A stretch of 64,000 bases of DNA from the human T2T-CHM13v2.0 reference genome, Homo sapiens. This document shows, one piece after another, positions 30,635-47,847 of the stretch. Under the pieces are notes generated by a model. That model was not told where the DNA came from. It made no database searches and saw nothing but the letters and a program-made list of their open reading frames with translations. The translations under genes and the position numbers were made by a program. Each line of letters begins with the position of its first letter. Within the stretch, counting starts at the first letter, position 1. The DNA lies in assembly GCF_009914755.1 (NCBI RefSeq), contig NC_060932.1; one strand, given 5' to 3'.

Positions 30635-31755
30635 TAAAACAAGAACATATCCATGACATCTGAATGCCAATAGGTTCCTTACTACATTTCACTTAGCTTA
30701 TATGACAAATAGGACTTCTCAGAAAGTTTTACTGACTAGTTTTACAGTTCTGTAAAATTCCTCTGTTATAATTCCAGTGCTTTTTAAATCTCCCTCCTCC
30801 AAGATCCTCTTTTCTGAACTCTACTTCTGCAAATACCTGGTGCTATTTCAGAACTTGCTTAGTACTTAAAGTAGAGAAACAAATAGAATATGTTCTAATC
30901 TTATCCCTTCTGTTTTACTTCTCCCAATCAATTGGCGATATAAGGATTTCCCTTTAAAAAGTGACAGGGGATAGTTTTTCCTATTCCTACAGCTGTTTTG
31001 CAATTTCATCTCAATATCTCACTAATAATATATATTATATATTATTAGATCAGATTGACAGAGAATTTATAGAGAATTATCCCTAACTCCTTCTTTAATA
31101 CAACTGAGTGACCTCTTCTCTTTTTTTCTTTTGCTGCAGAGCTTTTCTCAAGAAAGACTGAGTGACCTATTCTTGTAATTAAATCTGGAGTCTTTGTACT
31201 GGCTTATTTTGTTTTTTTACATATAAAGATTTATTTATTTATTTACTCATATTGGGCTTTTAAGCATGACTTTCATTGTGAGTTTTGCTGCATGGTGAGC
31301 AGCCCTCCTAAGTTAGCTGAATAAAAAGCCTAATTCAATGCTCAGGAACAAAAATTCAAATCTTACTGTTTTTCAAAATAATATTTCCTAGTTAGACTCC
31401 AAGGAAGAAATACATCACTAAATATATTTTTTAATTTACTTTTCCTTTTTTTTTATTTCAATAGATTTAGGGGTACAAAATACAAAGATTCAAATCAGGC
31501 AAAAATCCTATTATGTGTGTTTGCACGTATATACTTAATTAAATGAAGACATTTGACAGATGAGAAGGTATTAGGAATACAATGATATTAGATAATATTA
31601 GGTGGTAGAAAGACATTAGAAGGATATTAGAAAAAGAGATTAAAATAACTCCTTTTGCTCTCTAGGGCAAAATATTAGCTCAGGTCTTTCATATTTGCTT
31701 AATAATTATGTGAGGATGATGTAAATTATAAATTATGTGTAATTATTCCGTATGT

Positions 31756-32425
31756 CAGTGGTTCTCATGGTTTTTGTTCAGGACTACGTCTATATTTAAT
31801 ATGAAGGAACCAAAGATTGTTTGTTTTATATAAATTGTATCTATTGATATTTAGTATGCCCAACATTTTTAAAAACTGAGATTTAAAAAATTTTCTTCAT
31901 CTATTTCTAATAAAAATACTAGTTTATTATATGTGAACATAAATAACATATATAAATAATACATTTTTTAAAACAAAAAAGGTTTAGTAAAAAGAGTGGC
32001 ATTGTTTTACATTTTTGCAAATGTCTTTAATTCCTGGTTTAATAGAAGACAGCTGGATTCTTGTAACTGCTTCTGTATTCAATCTGTTGCAAGGTGTTGT
32101 TTTGGTTAAAGTATATGAAAAAAATCTGGCCCCACACAGACATAGTTGGAAAAGGAAAGAATATTTTAATAGCCCATTCAGAAGATTGTAGATGTTCTTC
32201 CTTGGTACTACATCAAAACTCTACAGATGTTATTTTCTTAAAGGATAATTACAATGTGCAATCTGAAATTAAAGAACTTTGTATACTTGGTACATTTACA
32301 GGAGAATGAGTGTGGAAAAGGCAAACCATGGTTTAGTAATACTGTAAGGATATTTTTGTCCCTGTAGTTTCCATAAAAGGATCCCAAGGATACATATGGC
32401 TGCCCAGACCACACTTTGAATCTTA
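31756..32425. mobile_element. Charlie1-family hAT DNA transposon remnant
   Basis: Starts cagtggttctca; 'aatagaagacagctggattct'; ends 'cagaccacactttga'. Confidence 0.8.
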
Positions 32426-33745
32426 CAGCCATGCAATATTATAAATTTTAATAATCGTATCTTGGGACACAAGGAACCAGCACTATTGAAAAAAGAATGC
32501 AAGAAGCCATTAGGTAACTTGCCTAGACTTTGCCCAGCTAATTCAGGAGAGAAACGCAATTTGAATTCAGTCTTCTCTTTTTATCTCTCTAACAGGCCAT
32601 ATGACTTCCAAAAAATGCAGAAGTAAGGAAAGGCAGAGGCATCCAGTGTGATTTTTCCCTGCAGACCATAATTCTTCAGAGATAAATTGGGTTTAATAGC
32701 TACTGAGCACCAAGTTTTAGAAAGAATCTGATTGGTCTTTTGGCATTGCTATAAAAACACATTGGGTAAGAAGCTCCTTAGTGGGAAACAAATTCCAAGG
32801 TGAAATGTAAGAAAAAGCAGAACTGGAGTAGAAATATGAAGGAAGAGCTTGGGAGAGAGAAAATGACAGATTAGGCAGTCCGGAACTGAAGTGGCAAAAT
32901 CCCAGAGAAATGTTGATTATTTCATCCAAGACAGAATGAGCCTGCCATTGTATGCCCCAGGACTCAGAGGAGATCTATGCAAAGGTGAAGGAAGACCTAT
33001 TCCTTACTGACTCCTCCTTGTCCTCTTCTCTACTTTTGGATTTTCTAGTGCAGGACAATGAATGAACAGGATTCCTAGATATATTTACCATTGTCTTCAT
33101 AGTCCTAGCACTGTTCAAATAAAGATAGCAGAAAAGCTAGAAACAGAATAAAGGTAATTAAAGAAATCTAGAACTCAAAAGTACCTGTATTAGTATAATG
33201 TGTTTAATATGGTATTGTGATATATGCAGGTATAACATAACAAATTTCTGCCTTAACCAGATTGTGGGAAAGGAAGCCAGCATCTGCTGAACACCTGCCT
33301 CATGCCTGTCACCCTGTTCCATGCCAGAGATAAAGAAATGAAAAACTCAGTAAACACCAAGGTGTCCCCCACTTCACCCTAGTGAAAAACTGGATTCACT
33401 GAGAATGTCAAAGAAATGTTGCACTATTTCCATAAAACCTATGTGACAGCTATAGATTTTTCTAAAATTGAAAGCTACTTCTAATGTCAAGGAATTAAGC
33501 ATTTTATATGCCCTGACCTACATTTTTGTCTATTTGTTTCTTTTCAAGAAAATATGCAAGGCAAGACAGATAGTTCATAAGGCAAATCTACGTAGGTTTC
33601 TATTTTTTTACATTAGTTTAGCAAATAGCACAGCTATGCCGTTATGTTGGGAATAAAATTATAAACCTAAAATAACCATTTAAAGTTCAATTTGGTTTGT
33701 AAAATTAGATTTGGTTAAAATTAAACTTTACTAAACCAACTGTAA

Positions 33746-34195
<450 letters not shown>

Positions 34196-35563
34196 TAGAA
34201 GTAAAAGCTGCCGTATAGTTTTCTACTATTAAATTTGTTGTCTCCAGTCTGTCTCTCTGGATCTAAAGAAAATTTAACAAAATAAAAATAATATTGTTGT
34301 CATTTCTATAGCACCAGTTCTTATAAAGCCTTTTCAAAAATGGTTTAAAAGTGTTGCGAGTAACTGGAGGTTGCTAGTGATCAAGTATGCTAGTCTGTAA
34401 GCTTCCCATCAGCTGGAACCTGTTCAGCATTGTTACCTATAGCTTCATGTAGTACTTGGGACATAATAGTTGCACAATTTTTGTTGAATGCTTTCAATTA
34501 GATGTGTAAGAGAGTACTTTCTTTATTATTCCTGTATAAGAAATTTAGAAATTGATAAATACTGAGCGTATTTTGGCCAACCTCTACCCAAGGTTTTACT
34601 GCCTAGGCACTACCCGTAAGTCAGGGTTGGACTAAATGGGGTCATCTACAGAGTCAGAGAGGAGAGATCCTGAGGAATTAATCAGTTCAAGGCAGGAAAG
34701 GTATTGCCCAAGGGGTCCCTGGTAAAACCACAGAGCTGAAAAAGAAAGAAGAAAACTCTGTCTAAGAAGATTGCTGAGTTTGGTAGACAAAAGAGCCAAG
34801 AGAAAATGTAGAAGTGAGATAATATTTAGAAAATGGAGACGGGAGATAGCCTGTGAGGTCAGTAGACAAAAAGACAGGGGAAATTAATACATGAAGAAGT
34901 GAGCAGGATGTAAATCTATGCATGGTGAGCATGCAGTGTGCTCTTCCTTTTACGTGGACATGTCTACCTCTTCTAAGGAATGGAAAAACTCCAAGTTGCA
35001 CTACACCAGACCAGATACCCCCAGTCATTCTGTTTAGTGCTTCACTGGAGGAGAATATTCTGAAAGCCAGATACCACCTTCTCTCTGCCTGTGATACTAG
35101 GTAAAATAAGAGGAGGGTTCTCTCTCCTAGCATGATCCTCTTCTTCCCTACCCTAGTAGATCAGTGGAAGCTCCTCCTTGGGAACCTCCCCAATCCTGCT
35201 AGAGATACCATGACTATTTATTTAAACCCAGAATGTCTTATGCTATCTTAAGCCTATCAACTTCGATTCTTTTTTTCCACTTAGAGAACAGATTTAATGC
35301 TGTTTATTTAAATGTCATCCAGTCATCTTTCCTTCACTTCCCAAGTTAATAAGACCTGAAAAACATGTAACACCTTCTTTACAAAGAGACTTCGCATATG
35401 AATGAAAAAATGAATGAATGAATGAATGAATGAACGATTTTCACTTAGGCAGAGAGGTGGTAAAGGTAACTTAAGATACCTCAACACCTATACCCTTTGC
35501 CTATATATATGAAGATGCATTGTACTTTCAAGAGCGATTTTAATGACATGAGTAAGGGAAAAG

Positions 35564-35599
35564 TATTAGGTTAGTGCAAAAGTAATTGTGGCTTTAATA
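35564..35599. mobile_element. MADE1/Hsmar1 TIR remnant
   Basis: TA+TTAGGTTAGTGCAAAAGTAATTGTGG matches the mariner TIR TTAGGTTGGTGCAAAAGTAATTGCGG. Confidence 0.75.
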
Positions 35600-35730
35600 G
35601 AAAAAGATGACAAGCTTTGTTATGGCTTATTTGTTAGAGCAAACTGTGATGACAGAGTGCCTAGAGCTGAGTACTTGCTCTGCCATTTATGTCCTATGAA
35701 CTTGTTAGATAGAGGGAACAAGAGTTCACC

Positions 35731-36190
35731 ATCTATCTTTTAGCTATTTAAAAATATACAATACATTATTAACCTGCTATTTAGAAATATGCAATACATT
35801 AGTCATCCTGCTGTGCAATAGAACACCAGAGATTCTTCCTCCTGTCTAACTGCAACTTAGTACATATGGATGAAAATTTTCCCCTTTCCCAGTCCACCAT
35901 CCCACCCCGCCTCTGGCAGTCACCATCCACTCTCTACTTCTATGACTTCAACTTTTTTAGATTCCACATATAAGTGAGATCATATGACATTTGACTCTTT
36001 GTGTCTGGTGTATTTCACTTAATATAACGTCCTTTAGGTTCATCCATGTTGTGGCCAATGGCAGGATTTCCTGATTTTTATTGCTCTGATTTGCTCTTTC
36101 CATGGTGTATATGTGTATTAAAATATCACTTTGTCCCCCATAAATATACACAATTATTGTTTGTCAATCAAAAATAAAACTAAACAAAGA
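35731..36190 (+). mobile_element. L1MA 3' end with 5' inversion (35731-~36082 inverted; ~36083-36190 sense with A tail), inserted in a MIR
   Basis: Orientation flip at ~36082; degenerate TSD aagagttcacc / aagaacttcacc. Confidence 0.8.
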
Positions 36191-37486
36191 ACTTCACCTT
36201 ATAAGGTTTTAGGGGGCATTAAATATTTTAGAGCAGTAGCCGGTACACAATATTTGCTAATATGTTAGGTAATGTGAAGGATAACAGAAAGGAAACCCTG
36301 GTCTCTACTTTCTCATAGAAAACAAGATATTTGGAAAGAGAAGGCATAAAAGCTCAGTCATGGAGAAGAGGCTGTCTAAAGGTAATCATACAAAAATGCC
36401 CAGTGCAGTTCAGGGCTTGTGCCTAGGGTGCACTTGTTCGTTCTAACACTGTATCTTTATTAGCTCTTTAATTCATTTCAAAGTTTTTAAGTTTTACGGT
36501 GATCATATTCTCTACCACATGTCACAAGTACATGCCACCTCAAGCCGGACAATGTGAGTCAGTCATGACTTGAGCTCATGCAAAACAATCTGCTTTTCTT
36601 GTTTGCTGTGTATTTTAGGCACAGTGTACACAGGAACTCTGGTTAGATCTGACTTCAACAAAATGACTTGGCTGGAATTCATGTAAGATATCCAGGAAAA
36701 GAACCAATTGTCCTCCTTCAGTACCACTATTTTAATAAATACAAACCACGAAGTTGGGCTTAAAATGATTTGCTTTGAAAAAGCAGAGGTTACAGCACCC
36801 TCACCTCTAAGAAATAGACCACTGCTTCCAGAGCTGTGCCAGAAACTCATCTTTCCTCTCTTGGGCCTGACTTGAGGCTGGAGATGTAAGGGGATTCCTG
36901 ACAGAGGGCAGGATACACATGCCAGTCTTGTCTTTCTCTTGGGTTTGGGGTAGGAATTAGTGGGTGTTCTTTCTCCATCCAACAAGCCTCTCAATCTACT
37001 AGAAAATGAGGAAATGCACTCATTGTAAAGTCTGGATCATTTCAGCTTTGAATTAGAGGATTGGTATTTCTCTTGTGGATTGCAAAACACACACACACAC
37101 ACGCAGGTCACTAATACAGGCTTTAGGTTAAGATGTTAAATGACATTTCCCTCTCTCTTCATTTCCTATATTCTCCCCCTGCCAACTACCACCCTTTTTG
37201 GCCTTTTATTTGTTTACAAGCCTTGCATTTCAAGCCACTGAAGAATCCAAATCTTGTTCACTCAAAAAGTGACTTTCCATTAAGGAAGGAAATTCATAGG
37301 AGCAAAAAAGCTTAGCAGGACCCACACTAAATAGCTTCATCTCCCAATGATTCAAGGAGCTGGCACTTGGTGATTCCTCACATTATTCTCTGAATGCCAT
37401 GACCTATATGTCAAAGTGAGAGGACGCTTCTGGATGTTTCTTGTCTTTGAAAAGTAATGCTCCAGGGACAAAGAGTTTCTTTTTCT

Positions 37487-37517
37487 GGGCAGTAATGACG
37501 GCCACGAGGTGGGAGCC
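37487..37517 (+). promoter_or_regulatory. Candidate CTCF site
   Basis: GGCCACGAGGTGGGAGC core preceded by a GGCAGT upstream-motif-like element. Confidence 0.4.
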
Positions 37518-38141
37518 ATAAACCAGGCAAGCCTGGGCAGTGTGCATGCTGACATTTTTCATTCCTAATATCCCACAAGTATTTCAGCTTCAACAGAGCC
37601 TCTGTGCAAATGAAAAGGAACTTTTTTGTTTCTAGATTTTGTTATATTATGATTGAAAATTCCTACCAGCCTCCCAGTTACCCGTTTGAAGATAGACCGG
37701 CAAAACTATTTTTACCACCTTTATATCCTCCCATTTTACAAGCAAAAGGAATTAATAATATTAGTGTCGCTTTCTCTAGGTTAATAAAATTCATGCTTCT
37801 TACTTCCCCAGAGCCTTTTGCCTGTGCATTTAGAAATCCCAGCAGCTATTGTTCAGCCAGGGCTGCCCACAACCCATTTCTAAGCGATGTGCAAGTAGGC
37901 AGATTAGATCCCAGACATAAAAATTAAAATTTAAAAAAATTTTAAAAGCATGGCCAACTTTTGTAAATATGAATGACCTATTCTAAAAGAAAAGAACTAA
38001 CATTTTGCACAAAGATGGAGATATGTTGGTTTATTTTTTTCCATCTAGAAATAGTTGATAAGACCTTTATCCCCTTTACTCCCCCCAAACCTCCAACTTC
38101 CATCCCTAAGCACCCTATTATTTGGAGGAAAAGTCCATTCA

Positions 38142-38770
<629 letters not shown>

Positions 38771-39169
38771 TTAAAACTCATCATAAAGGTTTTCCCAGAT
38801 GCTGATGGGTGATTTAGAATTTTCTATCTTACCCTTATATTCCTAGAGTTTTAAAAAACATATTATTCATTGCATAATTTTTAGCTTTACCATAGTTCAC
38901 TGCAACTTTTTACAACTTGGTGATTTAAAAAAATATATATATTCATGTAGCCATCACCCAAATCAAGAGAGGCTTTTTCATGCTCCTCGTGATCAATACT
39001 CCTCCCATCAAATATAACCATTATATTGACTTTTATCACAAGTGGAATTGCTGAATTGTCAGGTATGGGGTGTATTTAGCTTTAGGAGATACTGCCATAC
39101 AGTTGTCCAAAAGGAGTTATACCAATTTACTCTGGCTCAATTGTTGGAGGATATATGGTTTGAGAACCC

Positions 39170-39322
39170 CTGATTCACAATAACCTGGAGAGCTGGTGAA
39201 AAGTGAATATTCCTGGAACTTTCTCTGGAACCACTGAATCATACTCTGTGTTGAGGGGGCCCAGGAATCTGCATGATAAATTCTCCAGATACTTCTCTGG
39301 ATTCAAGTTTGAGTTCCACTAG
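39170..39322. mobile_element. MER5-like hAT MITE
   Basis: 'actgaatcatactctg...ggggcccaggaatctgcat...aagtttgagttccact'. Confidence 0.6.
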
Positions 39323-41749
39323 GTAAAAACTAAATAAATCTTGATGTTTTTATTTATTTATAGCCTGTATTGAAATTAATCATCTTCTCTTTAATGCATA
39401 CTTACCCTTTATGTTAGGTCTGGCTGGCTTGCATTATTTGTAATGTGTTGGGCCATACATGAGTTTTTCACAAAAAGTTTTTTTTTTGAAAAAAACTTCT
39501 TGTTGCTAATGTAAGTGATTTCTTAAGCTGTATCTCATATTAGAAACAGATGTTTGTAAAAATCATTGCCTAAAGACGTTTTTGACATCCTGCAAGATCT
39601 TTTTTTGTTGTTTTATTTTTATTCTTTCTCAAAATTGATTTAGCTTTTCACCTTTTGGTATATGTTTGTGTATATTCAACCCTGAAAATACATGAGTATT
39701 GTAAAAATGCTATTTGCCCCACTTCCTTTCTGAACAGAGTATAACATATATTATTAGAAAAGAACTATTGTTTGTTTTATATCTAATACACACTGATAAA
39801 AGCAGTCAGCGTCTCCACTTCCGACTTAAATCAATATCAACTATCTGTTAATTCTTATAGATAAGGCATGTAATATATTCTAGAATTAGCTGTGATGTAG
39901 TCGAAAACAAGGAGGCTTGTATGAAAAACAATCTGGTGAAACCAATAAAATTAAAATACAAAATATCAGAAATAAATAATTCACTGGATGAATTTTCAGA
40001 AGATTGGCCACTGTAGAAGAAGACACCATTGAACTTAAATTAATAGAAATTACACAAGCTGAAGAATATACTTTTAAACAAATAGCAAAATTGATAAAGT
40101 GGTAGAATAATAAGAGACATTTTGAAAAGGCAAAATTAGTTTTTTGAAAAATTTTAAAAATCTTAATAAATAAGACTAGTTAAGACAGAAGACAAATGTT
40201 TACTTTTGGCAATAAAAAAGACATCACTACAGATCCTATAGATATTTAAAAGTTAAAATAACTTTATAAAGAATTTTAGGCTGATACACTTGAAAACTTA
40301 GTTTAAATAGGCAATTATTTGAATATGACATCCAACCTGATCCAAAAATAAATTAAAAATATGAATAGCTCTACCTCTGATTTTTGAAAATGGGATTTTA
40401 AAATAAAGCTACTACTGCTATGTCAGAGAGTTTCTCTGGTTTTTCTATAAAATATCTAAGGGAGAAATAACATCAATTCTAGATAAATTCTTTTAGAAAA
40501 TATAGCAGTACAGAATGCTTTCCAACTAGTTTTTAAAATTCCAGCCAAATCTAGATTACCAAATCTGACAAGGATATTACAAGCAAGAAAAATCACAGAC
40601 CAGTATTTCTAATGAGCTCAGTTGCAAATATTCTTAAATAAATATAAGCATATTAATCCTAGCAATAATTTTAAAGGGGAATATATCACAGCCAAATTGG
40701 GGTTATTCCAGGGATGCAAGTTTTGCTTAATAGTCAAAATTTAATTAATGCAACTCCCCAAATAACAGGGGGGTTAAAAAATAGAAAAACAAAATGACCA
40801 TTTCAACTGGATGAAGAAAAAGCATTTTTAAAATGTCCACATCTACCCATGATAAAATATCTCAGCAAAGACCAATAACAAGAAACTTTATTAATCTTAT
40901 AAAGGGGATCTGCAAAAGAATCTTAAGCTAACATGGTACTTAATAGAGAAAAAGATAGAGTGTTTTTCCCAAAAGATTGGGAAAAAGCAATGATGTTTGT
41001 TTGCACTATTTTTATTCAACATTGTACTATAGATTTTAGCCAATGTAATAGGACAAGAATAACAGGCAAAATAAATAAAGATTAGAAAGATAAAATTAAA
41101 ACTTTATTCATAGATGAAATAATCTTGTGTAGAGAAAATTCTCGGAAATCCACATACAATCTACCAGAACAAATAAGCAAATTTATTAATGTTACAGGAT
41201 ACAAGGTAAATATACAAAAAAAAACAAATAACAAATGCATTTCTATATAATAATAGTTACCAATTAGAAAACAAAATTTTTAAATGTTATTCACAACTTC
41301 ATGAAAAAGTATAAAATACTTAGGGATAAAATTTTAAGACTATGTGCAAGGCCAGAACACTGAAACTTATAAAACACATTTTTTGAGAGAAAATTGAAAA
41401 TACTTAAACGAATGGAAAAATATACTATGTTGGTGGATCAGGAGACTAAATATTATGAAGATGTCATTCCTTTTCAGATAGATCTTTCAGTATTCAATTC
41501 AGTACCAGGAACTGACAAGCAGGAACTGACAAGCCAATTAAAAAAATATATATGGAAAACAGGTTTGAGAATAACCAAAAGAACAGAAAACAGGAACAAA
41601 GTTGGACGTATCACACTACCTGGTTTCAAAAATTAGTATATAGTTATAGTAATCAAGACAATAGAATTTTAGCTTAATAGAAGAGAATAGAAAGTTTAGA
41701 AATAGATCTCAACGTATGTGGTCAACTTATTTCTATAAAGATGCCAAGA

Positions 41750-42043
41750 GGCCGGGCACAGTGGCTCACGCCTATAATCCCAGCACTTTGGGAGGCAGAG
41801 GCAGGTGGATCACGAGGTCAGAAGATCAAGACCATCCTGGCTAACATGGTGAAACCCCGTCTCTACTAAAAATACAAAAATAATTAGCCAGGAGTGGTGG
41901 CAGGTGCCTGTAGTCCCAGCTACTTAGGAGACTGAGACAGAATGGCGTGAACCCGGGAGACGGAGCTTGCAGTAAGTAGAGATTTCACCACTGCACTCCA
42001 GCCTGGGCAACAGAGCAAGACTCTGTCTCAAAAAAAAAAAGAG
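41750..42043 (+). mobile_element. AluY
   Basis: 'accatcctggctaac', 'aatggcgtgaacccggg', 'gagcttgc'; perfect TSD aaagatgccaaga. Confidence 0.97.
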
Positions 42044-42627
42044 AAAGATGCCAAGAAATTTAAAAGGGAAATGATAGTTTTCTCAACCCAATGCTACTGG
42101 AATAAGGATAAATCTCCATATGGAAAAATAAGATATTTCAACCTCCACTACAAAAATACATTAAAATTAACTTGAAATAAATGCTAGAACTAAGTGTAAA
42201 AGCCAAAACTGTAAGCTTCTAAGAAAAAGAAAGAGAGAGAAAGCATTTGTGACCTTGGAGTTGGAAAATATTCATTAGATGGGACATAAAAAGCATAAAG
42301 TATTTTTTAAAAGGATAAGTTGGATTTTATCTAAGTTAAAAACTTTTGCTCATCAAAAGACACTCTTAAAAATGAGAACACATTACACAGATTGGGGCAA
42401 AGAAAAAGTGCAAGACAAATATGTGATAAAGGATCATATCCAGAAAATGTAAAGAATGCCTACAAACCAACAATAGAAAGAATAACTCAATAAAAAAAAA
42501 AAAACTGGCCCAAATACTTGAAGAATGACTTCTCAGAGAGGATACATGAATGTCCTATAACTGCAAAAAAAAAAAGGTATTCAACATTATTAATCATCTA
42601 GGAAATGCATATTAAAATAAAACAATA

Positions 42628-42961
<334 letters not shown>

Positions 42962-43604
42962 TCACACCCAACAGGATAGCTGAAAGTAAAAACTGGCAAT
43001 ATCAAGCCTTCGTGAAAATTTGGAACAACTGATGTGACAGTTAAATTGTACAATAATTTGCAGAATTATTTTGACAGTTCATTGCATTAATCTTTTAACT
43101 CAGAAATTCCATTTCTTGAGAAATGAAACATATGCCTACCATTAGGACAAAGGATGAACCAATTGTAGTAAAATTATATAATGAAATATTACTCAGTAAT
43201 ACCCATGTTATAGTAAGACAATCTTCAGCATATTATTTCTTCTGTATCAGTAAATGGATGCATTATTCTAGTTTATTTCCCATTTATTCATACAACAGTA
43301 CTTAAGAATCAAGTTGGTTCTTCATATATATCCCATATGGAATCTTTCAGCAATACTGCTAACAGTATTTCCAAAATACCTACTAATTCTATCTTCTTTC
43401 CATGTATATTGCTACCACTTCAGTGCCAACTGCTGTCATATCTTACCTGAATTATTATAATAATTTCATTTTGGCCTTTTTCTGTTCTCCCCAGTGATCC
43501 AGACTTTAGTCATATTCTTGCTGTTTCTCTAATATCAAGCATCTTTCTCTCATCACTCTTCAAACAGGGCATGGTTGATGTATTGCCTTTCAGACAGACC
43601 CACA

Positions 43605-45350
<1,746 letters not shown>

Positions 45351-45979
45351 GTTACTACAGTCAGACCACAGTACCTTCCTTAACCTTCAGTACAACTGTC
45401 ACTTCTTCTGTCTCCTTGTCACTTTCTATCATTCTCTTTTATTGTCCTTATAGTACTTCTCGTGTGAAATTACCTTATAGTTTTCCCTGTTTATAATCTG
45501 ACTCCATTGACTAAAATATAAGTACTCCTATGAGAGGAGACACTTTTTCTGTATTCACCAAAGTAATTATGACAACCCAAAGCTTGCCACACATTAGACT
45601 CTCACTCAGTGTTTATTGAATGAAGAAATGAATTATATTTAACTTTGATTTATTGTGCATCGGAAAGAACAACACCCCTAAAATGAATCATTCTCTCCTC
45701 ATGAATATGCTCTTCCCTTTTTTCCAGTTTTCAAATGTCATTTCCCACGAATATGGCCTTTCATTCTTCTGAAATGGGTATTAGTGTGAAAGATGAAACA
45801 AACTATTGTTCCTTGAAGTAAGAGGATATGACATTGCCAGAATATGTGATGGAGGGCATGATGAACCATTTTTCTTCCTGATATAAATTGTATCACAAGA
45901 TTTCCTTGTTCTTTATAAGTTCAAACTAGTGAAATATGAGAATTGCTAATTTCTTAATTTATTCTTCAAAAATATTCAA

Positions 45980-46685
45980 AATAGTTACCAGAGGCTGGGA
46001 ACGGAGTAGGGAGTAGGGGATGAAGAGAGGTCGGCGAATGAGTATAAATATAGACCAAAGGAAGAAGTTCTAGTATTAAATAGTGGAGTAGAGTGACTAT
46101 AGTTAATAAAAATGTATTATATATTTCAAAACAGATAGAAGAGAAGATTTGAAATATTCTAAAAATCATATCAATTGAAATCGTGGACATAGAGAGAAGG
46201 AGGATAGTTACCAGAGGCTGGGGAGGGGAGTGGGGAGAGGTGAGGTTGGTTAATGGGTGCAAAAAATAAAGAATGAATAAGAACTACTATTTGATACAGC
46301 ATTAGGGTGACTAAAGTTAATAATATAATAACTTAGTTGTATATTTGAAAATAACTTGAATGTAATTGGATTATTTGTAACTCAAAGGAAAAATGCTTGA
46401 GGGGAAGAATACCCCATTCTTTGTGATGTTCTTATTTCACATTGCATGCCTGTATAAAAACATCACATATACCTCATAAACATATACACCTACTATGTAT
46501 CCACAAAAATTAAAAAATAAAAAATAAATTTAAAAAATGAATGATAAATATATGAGGTGATGAGTAACCTAAGTACCTTGATTTAATTATTACATAATAT
46601 ATTGTGTGCATGTATCAAAATATCCCATGTATACCATAAATATGTATAATTATTATCAATTAAAAATATTTAAAAACTAAAAAAT
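45980..46685 (+). mobile_element. Nested L1MA 3' ends (younger L1MA1-3-like at ~46165-46535 inside an older L1MA)
   Basis: Two 'tagttaccagaggctggga' motifs and two A tails; the outer element resumes 'gaatgataaatatatgaggtgatg'. Confidence 0.8.
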
Positions 46686-47508
46686 ACCAATTTTGTTTCT
46701 CTAAGACATCAAAAAGTTCTTAGAGCAATACAGTAAATTTCAGGGAGACCACAGACTCCAAGTCTGTGATCATTTGAATAAGCACAGCCCAAAATTTATC
46801 TTTGTGTTTATCTGTTGAATAGGAGGTTGCTAAAAATGTAACAATGTCAGGAGTATTTCAAATAGGAGATTTTGGAAAAGCAGCTGATTTCACTTGCTCA
46901 ATAGCTATTTGTACAGCAAGATAATATGCTAACTTCTATGTTTCTTATCTATTTCCAATGCATATCTGTCCAGGACACATCTGGAAAATTTAATCATTAG
47001 TCCCTGTTACTGTTTGTGTCTGAGAGTAATAATAAGTTTAAGTAAGAAAGTCCTGCCATATAATCTAAGTCATAAATTTAACTTTGCTATTTACACACAC
47101 ATGTACACACATGCACAAGAGAAGTGAGGTTTCATTGAGTGCACGTAAACAATGACTATTCACCTCCTCAAGCATTTTTTACATGTGCAAGAAAATCTGT
47201 AATTTCCAGAAAAAATGGGAGCCGAGCCTTTGAGATATTTCCTTTCAGCTTTTCAAGTTAGTTAGGTGGGTAAAAAGAATAAGATTAAAAGAAGAGCTCT
47301 AACATTCTTAAAGTATACAGATAAAATACATGCATACAAATATATATACAAACATACACATAAATAATTGTTTTCAGCTTTGCTAATAATAATTTTTGTA
47401 AAATTATGACAGTATTTCTCAAGAATAGACCCCATATCTGAAGGCAAAAAAATACATTTAAGATCCTGGTGTAAAGTAGTTGATAAAAATTGTAACGTAA
47501 ATGGGCAC

Positions 47509-47847
<339 letters not shown>

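Noticed and set aside
36515-36536. p53 response element (CATG/CAAG/CATG cores)
   Set aside because: Flanks deviate from RRRCWWGYYY and the spacing is non-canonical.
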